60,789 nt of DNA from Candidatus Limnocylindrales bacterium (GTDB lineage: Bacteria; Chloroflexota; Limnocylindria; Limnocylindrales; CSP1-4). A model generated the notes under the pieces. It was not told the origin of the DNA. It did no database searches and saw nothing but the letters and a program-made list of their open reading frames with translations. The translations under genes and the position numbers were made by a program. The DNA is taken from contig DASVJA010000194.1 in the NCBI GenBank assembly GCA_036386115.1, forward strand, positions 1 through 60,789. The letters run 5' to 3'. Below are positions 31,820 through 40,305 of this stretch, one piece after another. Each line of letters opens with the position of its first letter. Position 1 is the first letter of the stretch.

Positions 31820-31947
31820 AGCCCCTCCTACCGCGGTTTCGCACCGCGCTACGCTCCAGAACAACTTGCCCTCAGGATACGCGCATCTTGGGGGCCAAAA
31901 ACCCTGTGCCCGCGCCGCACACGCTCACAAAAGCCGCTGGATGCGAG

Positions 31948-33453
31948 CTATCGACAGGTATCGGCGGGCGCCGAGTGCCCGTACCAGAGGCTGTCCGCAC
32001 CGAATAGCTGGACCGAGAGCGCGGCGACTTTGTCGTTGAGCAGGCAGTTGGCCGCGTTCGACGTGCTGGTTCCGGTGACCGTGTATGGCGGCCCCAGAAC
32101 GACCTGGGTGATGTTGTTGTTTGGGACATTCAGGCCCATCGAGATGTAGTCGGCCAGCCGGTCCGCCGGGAAGTCGGTGACCACGGTCGCTCCGAGAAGC
32201 TTGATCAGGCTCGGCAGCTTGAGGATCTGGCTCGGTGAAGACATCTTGTGCAGGAGGGCGATCAAGACCTGCTGCTGGCGCGACGACCTCGCCCAGTCGC
32301 CGTCCTCGTAACCGTGGCGCGTCCTCGCGTAGGCCAGGGCGGTCCTGCCGTCCAGATGATGCGGCCCGGCGGAGAGTGAGAAGCCGTATGGGCTGCCGTC
32401 CAGCCAGTCGTAAGAGGGGTCGTTCAGCGCCTTGGGGCTCACGATATCGATCCCGCCCACCTTGTTGATCATCGCCACGAACCCGGAGATGTACATGATG
32501 GCCGAGTAGTCGATGGGGATCCCGACGAGGTACTGAACTTCCTTGATGAGCGTCCAGTAGGGGGCATCGGGGGACTTGATGCGGCCGGTCTGGACGTAGG
32601 TCGGCAAGGCGTTGATCTTGTCGCCCGGCTTATCGACGCCGCCCCAGTAGAAGGGGAAACCGGCGCTGTCGCGGGGCACGCTGATCATCTGGATCGAGTT
32701 TGCCGTCGGGTTGTAGCTCACGACCATGATCGTGTCATAGAGGTTGGCGCTGTAGCCGCTGCTCGCCCCTGTGAGGAGGATCGTGACGCGACCATCGCTA
32801 GGCGGGCTCGCGGTTGGCCGCGAGTCGGACGACGGCGTTCCGGCGGTCGCGCCGGGCGCCAGGCTCGGCGATGGCGTAGCTCGGGCCATCAGCTGGCTGT
32901 CGGAAGTGTCGAAGACCTCCGCTCCGGCGTCCGAAAGGGTCATCAGGTAATAGCCGCCACTGAGGTGGGTGACGACGATGACGGCGGCGAGCGCTATCAG
33001 AACGACACGATCAATGACCCCGTGAGTCGAACCGGCTGTTGGACGGAGGCTTCCGCTCGCGCCCAGAAAGGCATGAACGACGGAGAAGAGCCGCCAGGCT
33101 CCAAACAGAACCACGATCGCGACCGCGGCCAGGCCCACATTCCGCTCGGCGAAGAGTTCAACGGCAAAGACAATGGGCCCTCTGCGCAACCCATAAGCCA
33201 ACAGAACGATGACCATCAGGGAGGGCAGCGCGAAGACCGCCGCAAGGCGTCGATTGCGCAGGTACAGCTGTCCGAGGCCGGGCCACAGGAAGGAAAGCAG
33301 GGCGGCCAGCGATGGCGATCGTCGGCGTCCAGCATTCTTGGTCTGGTCCTTTGCCTCGGGGACCGGCTCGAGCCGCGCGGCAACCACGCGACTGACACGC
33401 CGCCAAATGGAACGCAGAGAGAATCCGCGTAGTTGAGTGAAGTGTCGTCTCAC
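31948..33453 (-). CDS. LytR-CpsA-Psr (LCP) family cell-envelope phosphotransferase with an N-terminal multi-TM region
   Basis: TILLTGAS...DTIMVVSYNP...ISVPRDS and the LCP core. N-terminal LSFLWPGLGQLYLRNRR membrane motif. Confidence 0.85.
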   Translation of the reverse strand: MRRHFTQLRGFSLRSIWRRVSRVVAARLEPVPEAKDQTKNAGRRRSPSLAALLSFLWPGLGQLYLRNRRLAAVFALPSLMVIVLLAYGLRRGPIVFAVELFAERNVGLAAVAIVVLFGAWRLFSVVHAFLGASGSLRPTAGSTHGVIDRVVLIALAAVIVVTHLSGGYYLMTLSDAGAEVFDTSDSQLMARATPSPSLAPGATAGTPSSDSRPTASPPSDGRVTILLTGASSGYSANLYDTIMVVSYNPTANSIQMISVPRDSAGFPFYWGGVDKPGDKINALPTYVQTGRIKSPDAPYWTLIKEVQYLVGIPIDYSAIMYISGFVAMINKVGGIDIVSPKALNDPSYDWLDGSPYGFSLSAGPHHLDGRTALAYARTRHGYEDGDWARSSRQQQVLIALLHKMSSPSQILKLPSLIKLLGATVVTDFPADRLADYISMGLNVPNNNITQVVLGPPYTVTGTSTSNAANCLLNDKVAALSVQLFGADSLWYGHSAPADTCR

Positions 33454-33628
33454 GCCATTTCCAATGCGGTGCGCCTTCCCGGCCCTCTTCCGGCACAGGA
33501 CGACGTCAAGTCTACTCGCACGGCGATCGCGGACGAAGTATCAGATCTTGTTCGAGCGGATCGTCCTGAATGATGGGCTTCGGAGTCATCGCGTGGAGAC
33601 TGCCTGCGAAAGCCACTCCGTGGCGGCT

Positions 33629-33705
33629 TGGTACCCCCAAGCGGATTCGAACCGCTGATCTCAGCCTTGAAAGGGCCGTGTCCTAGGCCTCTAGACGATG
33701 GGGGC
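33629..33705 (-). tRNA. tRNA-Glu (anticodon UUC), CCA encoded
   Basis: Minus strand reads GCCCCCATCGTCTAGAGGCCTAGGACACGGCCCTTTCAAGGCTGAGATCAGCGGTTCGAATCCGCTTGGGGGTACCA. The cloverleaf folds by hand (7-bp acceptor stem, CTTTCAA anticodon loop, GGTTCGAATCC T-arm). Close to canonical bacterial tRNA-Glu. Confidence 0.92.
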
Positions 33706-33825
33706 GAGGCGCGAACGGCAGTTTAGCAGGGAGAAGGGCAAGACTCGGCCTCGCGGCGGACGGGTGTGGCGTTTCGGCAACGCGGCATGGGCTGCGCAGG
33801 CCACCGCATGGAAAACAGGAAGGCT

Positions 33826-34176
33826 CTAGCTCAGCATCAGGCCCAGAACCAGCACGCCCGCGAATGCGCCGAAAGAGATGGCACAGGCGATGCCGGCGAT
33901 GAGGGCCAGGGCCACGGCCCGGAGGGTCTCACCGTACTTGCCTGCGCGCCACATTGCGATTGCGGAGATGACGCTGTCCACACCAAAGATCATTCCCGTG
34001 ACGACGCCCGCGCTCATCAGGACCGCAACGGGGGTGGTGTGGCTTGTCATGGCGATGATGAGGAAGATGAGCGTACCGAGCGAGCCAACCGTCAGAATGA
34101 CGAACGCCGGAGACAAGCCGCGGATTCGTTCGGCAAGGGTGGGCGCGTACTCTTCGTCGTCGATTTCGGATCGCAT
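33826..34176 (-). CDS. Small membrane protein (3-4 TM), unknown function
   Basis: 116 aa, hydrophobic helices. Its own TAACCT box lies 6 nt upstream of the ATG. Confidence 0.5.
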   Translation of the reverse strand: MRSEIDDEEYAPTLAERIRGLSPAFVILTVGSLGTLIFLIIAMTSHTTPVAVLMSAGVVTGMIFGVDSVISAIAMWRAGKYGETLRAVALALIAGIACAISFGAFAGVLVLGLMLS

Positions 34177-34182
34177 GACGAG

Positions 34183-34188
34183 AGGTTA
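34183..34188 (-). promoter_or_regulatory. -10 box TAACCT, 6 nt upstream of ATG 34176 (leaderless arrangement)
   Basis: Minus strand reads TAACCT-ctcgtc-ATG. Confidence 0.4.
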
Positions 34189-34203
34189 TCAGGGCCCGGC
34201 GCT

Positions 34204-34884
34204 TCAGACCTCGCTCCAGGCGGCCTCGGCCTCACCTGCCGCTTCCTGCACGGGTCCGGCCGACCGATGGTAGATGGCGACCTGGTATTCCAGCCGCGGC
34301 CGCTTCATCTTGTCCGCCACCTCCACCCCGGCCTCGCCGAACGCGGCGCCGAGCAGCTCGCGCGCCCGCTCGATCGACTCGAAGGTCCACCAGCAGTGAA
34401 TGACCCGGACTCGAAAGCCGTTCCCCAGAAAGGGGCCGCGGCGCTGGCTCCACTCAACCAGCCGGTCGCGGAGGTGCGGACGCAGCTGCCAAACATCATC
34501 CCGGCCGTAATCGTGGACCAGCAGCAAACGTCCACTGGGACGGAGCAGGCCTTCGGCCGCCGCCAGGAAGGCGGAGCCGGGCATGGCCATCTCCGACCAC
34601 GGCACTACCACGACGTCGGCCTCACCGGGCGGAAGAGCGGCAACAAGTGCCAGAGCGGCCGCCTGGTCGGAGGAGTCGGGAAACGGCACGGCAGTCAGCC
34701 GCGCGCCGATCTCGCCAAGCTGACGCACGCGATGACCATTGCCTGCATCGAGCAGAACGACGTCACGATCGGCGACGGGGCCGAGATCTTCCAGCGCCGC
34801 CGTCAACTTTCCCTCGACGTCGACGACGCGCAGAAACGCTTCCTCCAGGTCCGCCGTGGGCAGATCGGCGGAGAGGTCAGGCAT
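34204..34884 (-). CDS. Class I SAM-dependent methyltransferase
   Basis: Motif I-like VVLLDAGNGHRV. AGGAG SD. Starts 9 nt after the GH13 stop. Confidence 0.7.
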   Translation of the reverse strand: MPDLSADLPTADLEEAFLRVVDVEGKLTAALEDLGPVADRDVVLLDAGNGHRVRQLGEIGARLTAVPFPDSSDQAAALALVAALPPGEADVVVVPWSEMAMPGSAFLAAAEGLLRPSGRLLLVHDYGRDDVWQLRPHLRDRLVEWSQRRGPFLGNGFRVRVIHCWWTFESIERARELLGAAFGEAGVEVADKMKRPRLEYQVAIYHRSAGPVQEAAGEAEAAWSEV

Positions 34885-34893
34885 GGAGTACTC

Positions 34894-36609
34894 CTAGAGA
34901 GTCGGGCTAACTCCTAGAACCACTCCCTCTCGGGCTTCTATTTCGACCTCGAGAGTCCCCCTCTCGAGCGGCCGCGGCGCGAATGTTGTTTCCCATTCGC
35001 GTCCAGACCAGCTTACCTGACTCACCATGGCTCCTGCCGACCCGCCGAGCTGAAGCTCAATCTGTTCCGGCGAATCGCCTGCGTTGATTGCGACGATGAT
35101 GGACCGGCCATCGACCGAAACGGATCGGTGGTCATCGAAGAGTCCATAGGCCACGGTCGAGCTGCCCGCGCCGAGGAGTTCAAACCTACCGCGCCGCAGA
35201 ACCGGGTGGACCCGGCGCATTTCGACCAACCCGGCGAAGAACTCGCGCAGGTTGCGATCCTGTTTGGCCACATCCCACGGGTAGGCTCGCCTGCAATCCG
35301 GGTCTGCGCCGCCCTCCAGCCCGACTTCATCGCCGTAGTAGATGCATGGCGCACCCGGCAGCGTCATCTGGATCAGCGCCGCCAGTCGCATGGCCGTCGG
35401 ATCGCCCCCCGCGAGAGAGCGGAACCGGGGCGTGTCGTGGCTGCCCAGCAAGTTGAGCTGGACCTCTGCGACCTCGGGCGGGTACGTGGCCATAACACCC
35501 GCCAGCTGCCGGCCGAACTCGGAACCATCGGCGTCGCGCACGTGACGGGAGAACTCATGAGTCTTCGCGACCAGGTCCATGTCCAGTCGGCCGGCGCCGG
35601 TGAAAGACAGGATCGCCTCGGCCAGTGGGTAGTTCATCACGGCGTGGAACCGGTTTCCGGCAAGCCAGGCGTGAGCCGGAGTCCAGACTTCGCCGACCAG
35701 ATATGCCTCGGGTTTGACCGCCAAACAGCGGTTCCGGAACTCCTCCCAGAACCCGGGCTCGTCGATCTCCTCGGGCACATCCAGACGCCAGCCGTCTACT
35801 CCGAACCGCAGCCAGCGCTCCGCGACACCGTAGATGTACTCGCGAACGGCCGGATTGGAGTGGTTCAGCTTGGGCAGGGCCGGCAGATCCCACCACGCCC
35901 CATAACCCAGAATCCGCTCCGAGGCCGATCGGAATGGAGTTGCTGCCACTTCCTCGGATTGCTCGTGGTGGGCCGCGGAGGCGGATTCGGGCGGATGGGA
36001 GGCGGTTTCGTCGCCACTGGACGGGCCGGCGCCGGACGGCCCGAGACCCTGGTGGATTCGCCGGATCTCCTCGGCCTCGCGCTCTCCGGGATATGCAGTC
36101 AGTCCACGTTTGCCGGCGAGAACCTCGGAGTTGAGATGGAACCAATCGCGATATGGGGAGCTGGCGCCATTCTCCAGAACATGATGGAAGGGCCAGAAGC
36201 CGCGGCTGGCATGGTTGAAGACGCCGTCCAGAATGACGTGCATTCCTCGCTCATGAGCCGAGTCGAGAAGCTCGCGCAAGGCCGCGTCGCCACCCAGGAG
36301 AGGATCGACAAGTTCGTAGTCGTAGGTGTGATAGCGGTGATTGGAGGCCGAGGCGAAGACGGGCGTCAGGTAGAGCGCCGTGATGCCGAGAGCGCGCAGG
36401 TCATCCAGATGCTCGGCCACACCGAGGAGGTCGCCGCCCTTGAAGCCGTGAGCCGTCGGCGGGGCGTCCCACCGCTCCAGGGCACCGGGCTTGTGGACGC
36501 GAACGCTGCTGGCGAAGCGGTCCGGGAAGATCTGATAGAAGACGGCGTCGCGGACCCAGTCGGGGCCGGACGGCGCGGGCGGAGGGCGTAGGGCCGACAG
36601 GTCGATCAA
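34894..36609 (-). CDS. GH13 alpha-amylase-family glycoside hydrolase (neopullulanase / maltodextrin-glucosidase-like)
   Basis: GH13 regions I-IV: ILDGVFNH, DGWRLDVPEE, YLVGEVW, LLGSHDTPR. Start placed at TTG 36609, nested in the LacI TGA (TTGA). The track extension to 36909 overlaps LacI and is rejected. Confidence 0.85.
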   Translation of the reverse strand: MIDLSALRPPPAPSGPDWVRDAVFYQIFPDRFASSVRVHKPGALERWDAPPTAHGFKGGDLLGVAEHLDDLRALGITALYLTPVFASASNHRYHTYDYELVDPLLGGDAALRELLDSAHERGMHVILDGVFNHASRGFWPFHHVLENGASSPYRDWFHLNSEVLAGKRGLTAYPGEREAEEIRRIHQGLGPSGAGPSSGDETASHPPESASAAHHEQSEEVAATPFRSASERILGYGAWWDLPALPKLNHSNPAVREYIYGVAERWLRFGVDGWRLDVPEEIDEPGFWEEFRNRCLAVKPEAYLVGEVWTPAHAWLAGNRFHAVMNYPLAEAILSFTGAGRLDMDLVAKTHEFSRHVRDADGSEFGRQLAGVMATYPPEVAEVQLNLLGSHDTPRFRSLAGGDPTAMRLAALIQMTLPGAPCIYYGDEVGLEGGADPDCRRAYPWDVAKQDRNLREFFAGLVEMRRVHPVLRRGRFELLGAGSSTVAYGLFDDHRSVSVDGRSIIVAINAGDSPEQIELQLGGSAGAMVSQVSWSGREWETTFAPRPLERGTLEVEIEAREGVVLGVSPTL

Positions 36610-37721
36610 CCCTGACTCCCCGGGTGCTGCATCGAGCCTGCAGCTTTGCGCAGACGGTCCGGCGCCGGAACGGGTCCTGTAGAGCCGCGGATCATCAGCC
36701 GCGTCTCGAGAGTCATGTGCTCCGGCCGCTCCGAATCCGGGCTTGAGATCATCCTCAGCAAGAGCCGGGCCGCCTCTTCGCCCTTCTGGCGAATGGGCTG
36801 GTGAACTGTGGTGAGCGGTGGATAAGCGTGCGGGGCCATCTCCAGATCGTCGAACCCAACGATGCTCAAGTCCTTCGGCACGCTCAATCCTGCCTCGCGG
36901 GCGGCCCACATCACGCCGACGGCCATCACGTCGCTCATAGCCAGGATCGCGGTGGGCCGGAGGCCGTCCTCCCAGATTCGGCGGAAGGTGGCCACGCCGC
37001 CGTCGAAGGTCGCGGGGCCCACGATGATGCGCTCGTCCCGGAGCTTGACTCCGCCGAGCTCCAGACCCTGGCGATAGCCGTTGAGCCGGCGATACGCGAT
37101 GGACTCGGTCGGGCCGGCCGAGTACTCGAAGAGACCCGGCATGTTCGGCGGTTCTATTCCGATGACCACAAAATCTCTATGGCCGAGCCCGAGCAGATGG
37201 CGGGCGGCCGATCTGGCGCCGACCTCGTCGTTCGACTCGACCGAAGCGTGTTCCGGCAGGGCAGCACCGTCGACGAGCACCATCGGCATCCCGGCCCGCC
37301 GGATCTGCTCAACCTCCGGATGATCTTCGGAGAGACCGACCGCCACAAAGCCGTCAACGCTGGCGCGGCCGATCGCCCGCACCAGAGACCCGTGAAGCGG
37401 TGACACGAAGAGGAGCCCGTAGCCCGCTTCATCCGTCTCGGCGGCCACTCCGGCGCACAACTCCGCGTAGAACGGGTTCCCGAACACAACGCTGAGGCTC
37501 TGCGGCGTCAGGAGCCCGACGGTCATCGTGTTCTTGGGGTTCAGCGACCTGGACGCGGAGGGGGGACGGTAGCCCAACTCCTCGGCGACCTCGCGGATCT
37601 TGACGGCCGTCGTCGGACTGAGGCGATCGGGGCTGTTGAAGGCGAATGACACGGCGGTCTTTGAGACGCCGGCTTCCCGGGCCACGTCGGCAATGCGGAC
37701 TCGCTTTGCCCCCGCCTCCAC
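36606..37721 (-). CDS. LacI family transcriptional regulator
   Basis: HTH (RIADVAREAGVSKTAVSFAFN) plus a periplasmic-binding-protein-like domain. GTG 37721 has a GGGGAGGG SD 4-5 nt upstream. The track ORF begins at 37976. Confidence 0.85.
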   Translation of the reverse strand: MEAGAKRVRIADVAREAGVSKTAVSFAFNSPDRLSPTTAVKIREVAEELGYRPPSASRSLNPKNTMTVGLLTPQSLSVVFGNPFYAELCAGVAAETDEAGYGLLFVSPLHGSLVRAIGRASVDGFVAVGLSEDHPEVEQIRRAGMPMVLVDGAALPEHASVESNDEVGARSAARHLLGLGHRDFVVIGIEPPNMPGLFEYSAGPTESIAYRRLNGYRQGLELGGVKLRDERIIVGPATFDGGVATFRRIWEDGLRPTAILAMSDVMAVGVMWAAREAGLSVPKDLSIVGFDDLEMAPHAYPPLTTVHQPIRQKGEEAARLLLRMISSPDSERPEHMTLETRLMIRGSTGPVPAPDRLRKAAGSMQHPGSQG

Positions 37722-38007
37722 GTCACCCTCCCCTTGCCAGTTGCAGAGCGCCGGCCCGTCTGGGCCATTCGATACGCGCCGACATTTCAAGCTAGACGTG
37801 AAGGGAGTGGCTGTCAACGGGGACGGGTTACGGGTGCGAGTTCGAGCGTGGCTGCGGATCTGCGCCCAGCCTGCGGATGACAACGAGGGGCCGCGCGCTG
37901 TGGGATACATGCCGCATCTGGGCCGGCGGATACCGCTCGTGGGAGAATTGACTACGCTCACGGTCCCCGCATCCACCCAACGAGATGCCCAACCTGGAGG
38001 CTTGCCG

Positions 38008-39039
38008 ATGCGACTGGTGACGATCAGGCCGGTAGTCGGTGACTGGGCGACGGGTGCTCCTCATCGCCCCGCCGCGGTCCTGGCGAGCGGCCGGTTTCTG
38101 CCGATCGGCGCGCTGGCGGACCTCTCGCCCGCCTCCGTCCCGGAGGGATTGGGGCGCATGGGCATGACCGCATTGCTGGAGACCGACCCCGATCTCGCGG
38201 CCCTTCGAGCCGCCTTCGCTGCCGCCGACCCCGACGCCATGGAAGCGGCCTCGCTGACCCCGGCCTCAGTGCGGCTCATGGCCCCGGTCCCGCGCCCCGG
38301 CAAGATCATCGGCGTCGGCTACAACTACCTGGACCACATCCGCGAACAGGGCCTGGAACGGCCCACGCGACCGGTCCTCTTTTCCATGTTTGCCAATGCC
38401 GTGGCCGCAGACGGCGATCCAATCAGGCACCCTGCCGGGACTCGCGCTTTGGACCTCGAGGCTGAGCTGGCCGTCGTAATCGGGCGGCGCGCCTCACGCG
38501 TTGCGGTCGGGGATGGGCTCAGACACGTCGCCGGTTACACCACGGCCAACGACGTAACCGCCCGCGACTGGCAGGGTCAGCCCCGCGCCCTCCGCCCCGG
38601 CGAAAAGGGCGACGGCCAGTGGCTCCGGGCCAAGGGCTCGGATACGTTCCTGCCGCTGGGCCCGGCGCTGGTCACCGCGGACGAACTGGGCGACGGCCGG
38701 GGGCTCGCCGTCCGCTCCTGGCTCACCGCCGGCAACGGCGCCGACGCCGGCCACCCGTTCCCGATGCAGGACGGCAACACCTCAGACCTGCTGTTCAGCG
38801 TCGCAGAGCTGATCGCCATTATCAGCGCGGAAGTGATCCTGGAGCCGGGCGACGTCATCGTCACCGGCACGCCCAGCGGCGTCGGCGTATTCCGCGAGCC
38901 GCAGATATTCCTGGAGCCGGGCGATCTCGTGCGAGTCGAAGTCGAGAAGATCGGCAGCCTGACGAGCCCGGTCACCGACGCGGACGGTCGCGCGCCGGAG
39001 GGATCGCCGGCGGCGCGATTCCTGTCGGCGCTCAGGTAA
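38008..39039 (+). CDS. Fumarylacetoacetate hydrolase (FAH) family protein
   Basis: GVGYNYLDHIRE, ELAVVIG, KGSDTFLPLGP and GDVIVTGTPSGVG motifs. GGAGG SD upstream of ATG 38008. The track ORF begins at 37600. Confidence 0.85.
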   Translation: MRLVTIRPVVGDWATGAPHRPAAVLASGRFLPIGALADLSPASVPEGLGRMGMTALLETDPDLAALRAAFAAADPDAMEAASLTPASVRLMAPVPRPGKIIGVGYNYLDHIREQGLERPTRPVLFSMFANAVAADGDPIRHPAGTRALDLEAELAVVIGRRASRVAVGDGLRHVAGYTTANDVTARDWQGQPRALRPGEKGDGQWLRAKGSDTFLPLGPALVTADELGDGRGLAVRSWLTAGNGADAGHPFPMQDGNTSDLLFSVAELIAIISAEVILEPGDVIVTGTPSGVGVFREPQIFLEPGDLVRVEVEKIGSLTSPVTDADGRAPEGSPAARFLSALR

Positions 39040-39093
39040 TCTCGCCGCCCGCGGCCGCAGAAAGGTAAGCCGATCTTGGCCGCAACTTGCAGC

Positions 39094-40026
39094 CTAGTTG
39101 TAGTCTCCGGCGCCGATCGTGGACTCGCGCGTGACGAGCTCGGCGGCGAGGACAACCCCCAACGGCTCCTGGCCGGCATCCAGAATCTGGCCCAGGACGA
39201 GATTGACGGCCTCGCGGGTCATCTTCTCGATCGGCTGTCGGACGCTCGAGAGAGGAGGACTTGAAGCCCAGGCCATCGGCAGGTCGTCAAGGCCGATGAC
39301 GGCTACATCCTCGGGAATGCGCCTGTTGGCTTGCAGCAGAACCCTCAGGGCTGCTTCCGCCATCAGGTCGGAGGCCGCGAAGACGCCGTCCAGGTCCGGG
39401 TGGCTCAGAAGCAAGCGCTCCATCGCGACGTATGCGAGGTCCGCCTGGTATTTGCCGACCTCTACGTACGTGGGGTCAAAAGGCATCCCGGCTGCGGCCA
39501 GGGAATCTCGGTAACCCAGCATTCGATCGAGCGAGCTTGGCATCTCCAGGTCGCCGGCGATCGCCGCTATCCGGCGCCTGCCCTCGGCGATCAAGTGACC
39601 CGTGGCAAGAGCTCCGGCCTGGCGGTTATCGACATCGACGAAGCTGGCCTCAACACCTTCCGGCGGGCGACCCTGTATGACGACCGGTATTCCACGGTCG
39701 ATGAGATGTCTGGGCAAATAGCTATCTGTCTTGAGGCTGATCAGGATCACTCCATCGACCTTCCCGCTCAGCAGGAACGTCTTGACCAGCTCCTCCGCGT
39801 GGCTGTCTTCCGGAGTCAGGAAGACCGGAACGACGGATTTCTCGGCCAGAGCGGAGTTGTATTCCTGGAGCAGAGCGGCAAAGTACGGATGCCCGAAGGG
39901 CCTACCGGTCGTTTCTGTGATTACGACGGCAACTGTGCAGGGCCCATCGCCTCCAACAAATCGCGCAAGCGTGGCCATCCGACGACTCCGATTCAGGCGA
40001 GGACCTCGGGTGGGGTTCACCGGCAA
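39094..40026 (-). CDS. LacI-family ligand-binding-domain protein lacking an intact N-terminal HTH (possible decayed paralog)
   Basis: PBP-like domain aligns with the 36606..37721 LacI from TVAVVITE... onward. Only about 30 non-HTH residues precede it. A possible HTH remnant lies in another frame just upstream. Confidence 0.55.
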   Translation of the reverse strand: MPVNPTRGPRLNRSRRMATLARFVGGDGPCTVAVVITETTGRPFGHPYFAALLQEYNSALAEKSVVPVFLTPEDSHAEELVKTFLLSGKVDGVILISLKTDSYLPRHLIDRGIPVVIQGRPPEGVEASFVDVDNRQAGALATGHLIAEGRRRIAAIAGDLEMPSSLDRMLGYRDSLAAAGMPFDPTYVEVGKYQADLAYVAMERLLLSHPDLDGVFAASDLMAEAALRVLLQANRRIPEDVAVIGLDDLPMAWASSPPLSSVRQPIEKMTREAVNLVLGQILDAGQEPLGVVLAAELVTRESTIGAGDYN

Positions 40027-40305
40027 CCTTGACGGCCTTCCGCAGGTCCATAAGGGGTAGTCGGTTGATCAGGCGCAGGATGAAGCTCGGCGCCGACACG
40101 CGACGGCCGGCGCCCACCAAAAGGATCACGCATGCCTACGACAAGCGCACCCCCCGCGGTCATGAAATTGACATCAGGCGCTGGGTCGCGCGGCCGAAAC
40201 CTCAATCGGATGGTTCAAGTCGCCCACTGAGGGCGAGCGCCGGGCTGGGGCCATTCGCGGGTTGGGACGTCTCCATCCCGGGACCGGCAGCACTACGGCA
40301 GTTCC

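Noticed and set aside
33454-33825. Genomic island or integrative element at tRNA-Glu.
   Set aside because: No integrase, no direct repeat of the tRNA 3' end noticed elsewhere in the window, and the flanking genes (LCP, GH13 operon) look like ordinary chromosomal genes with the same composition.
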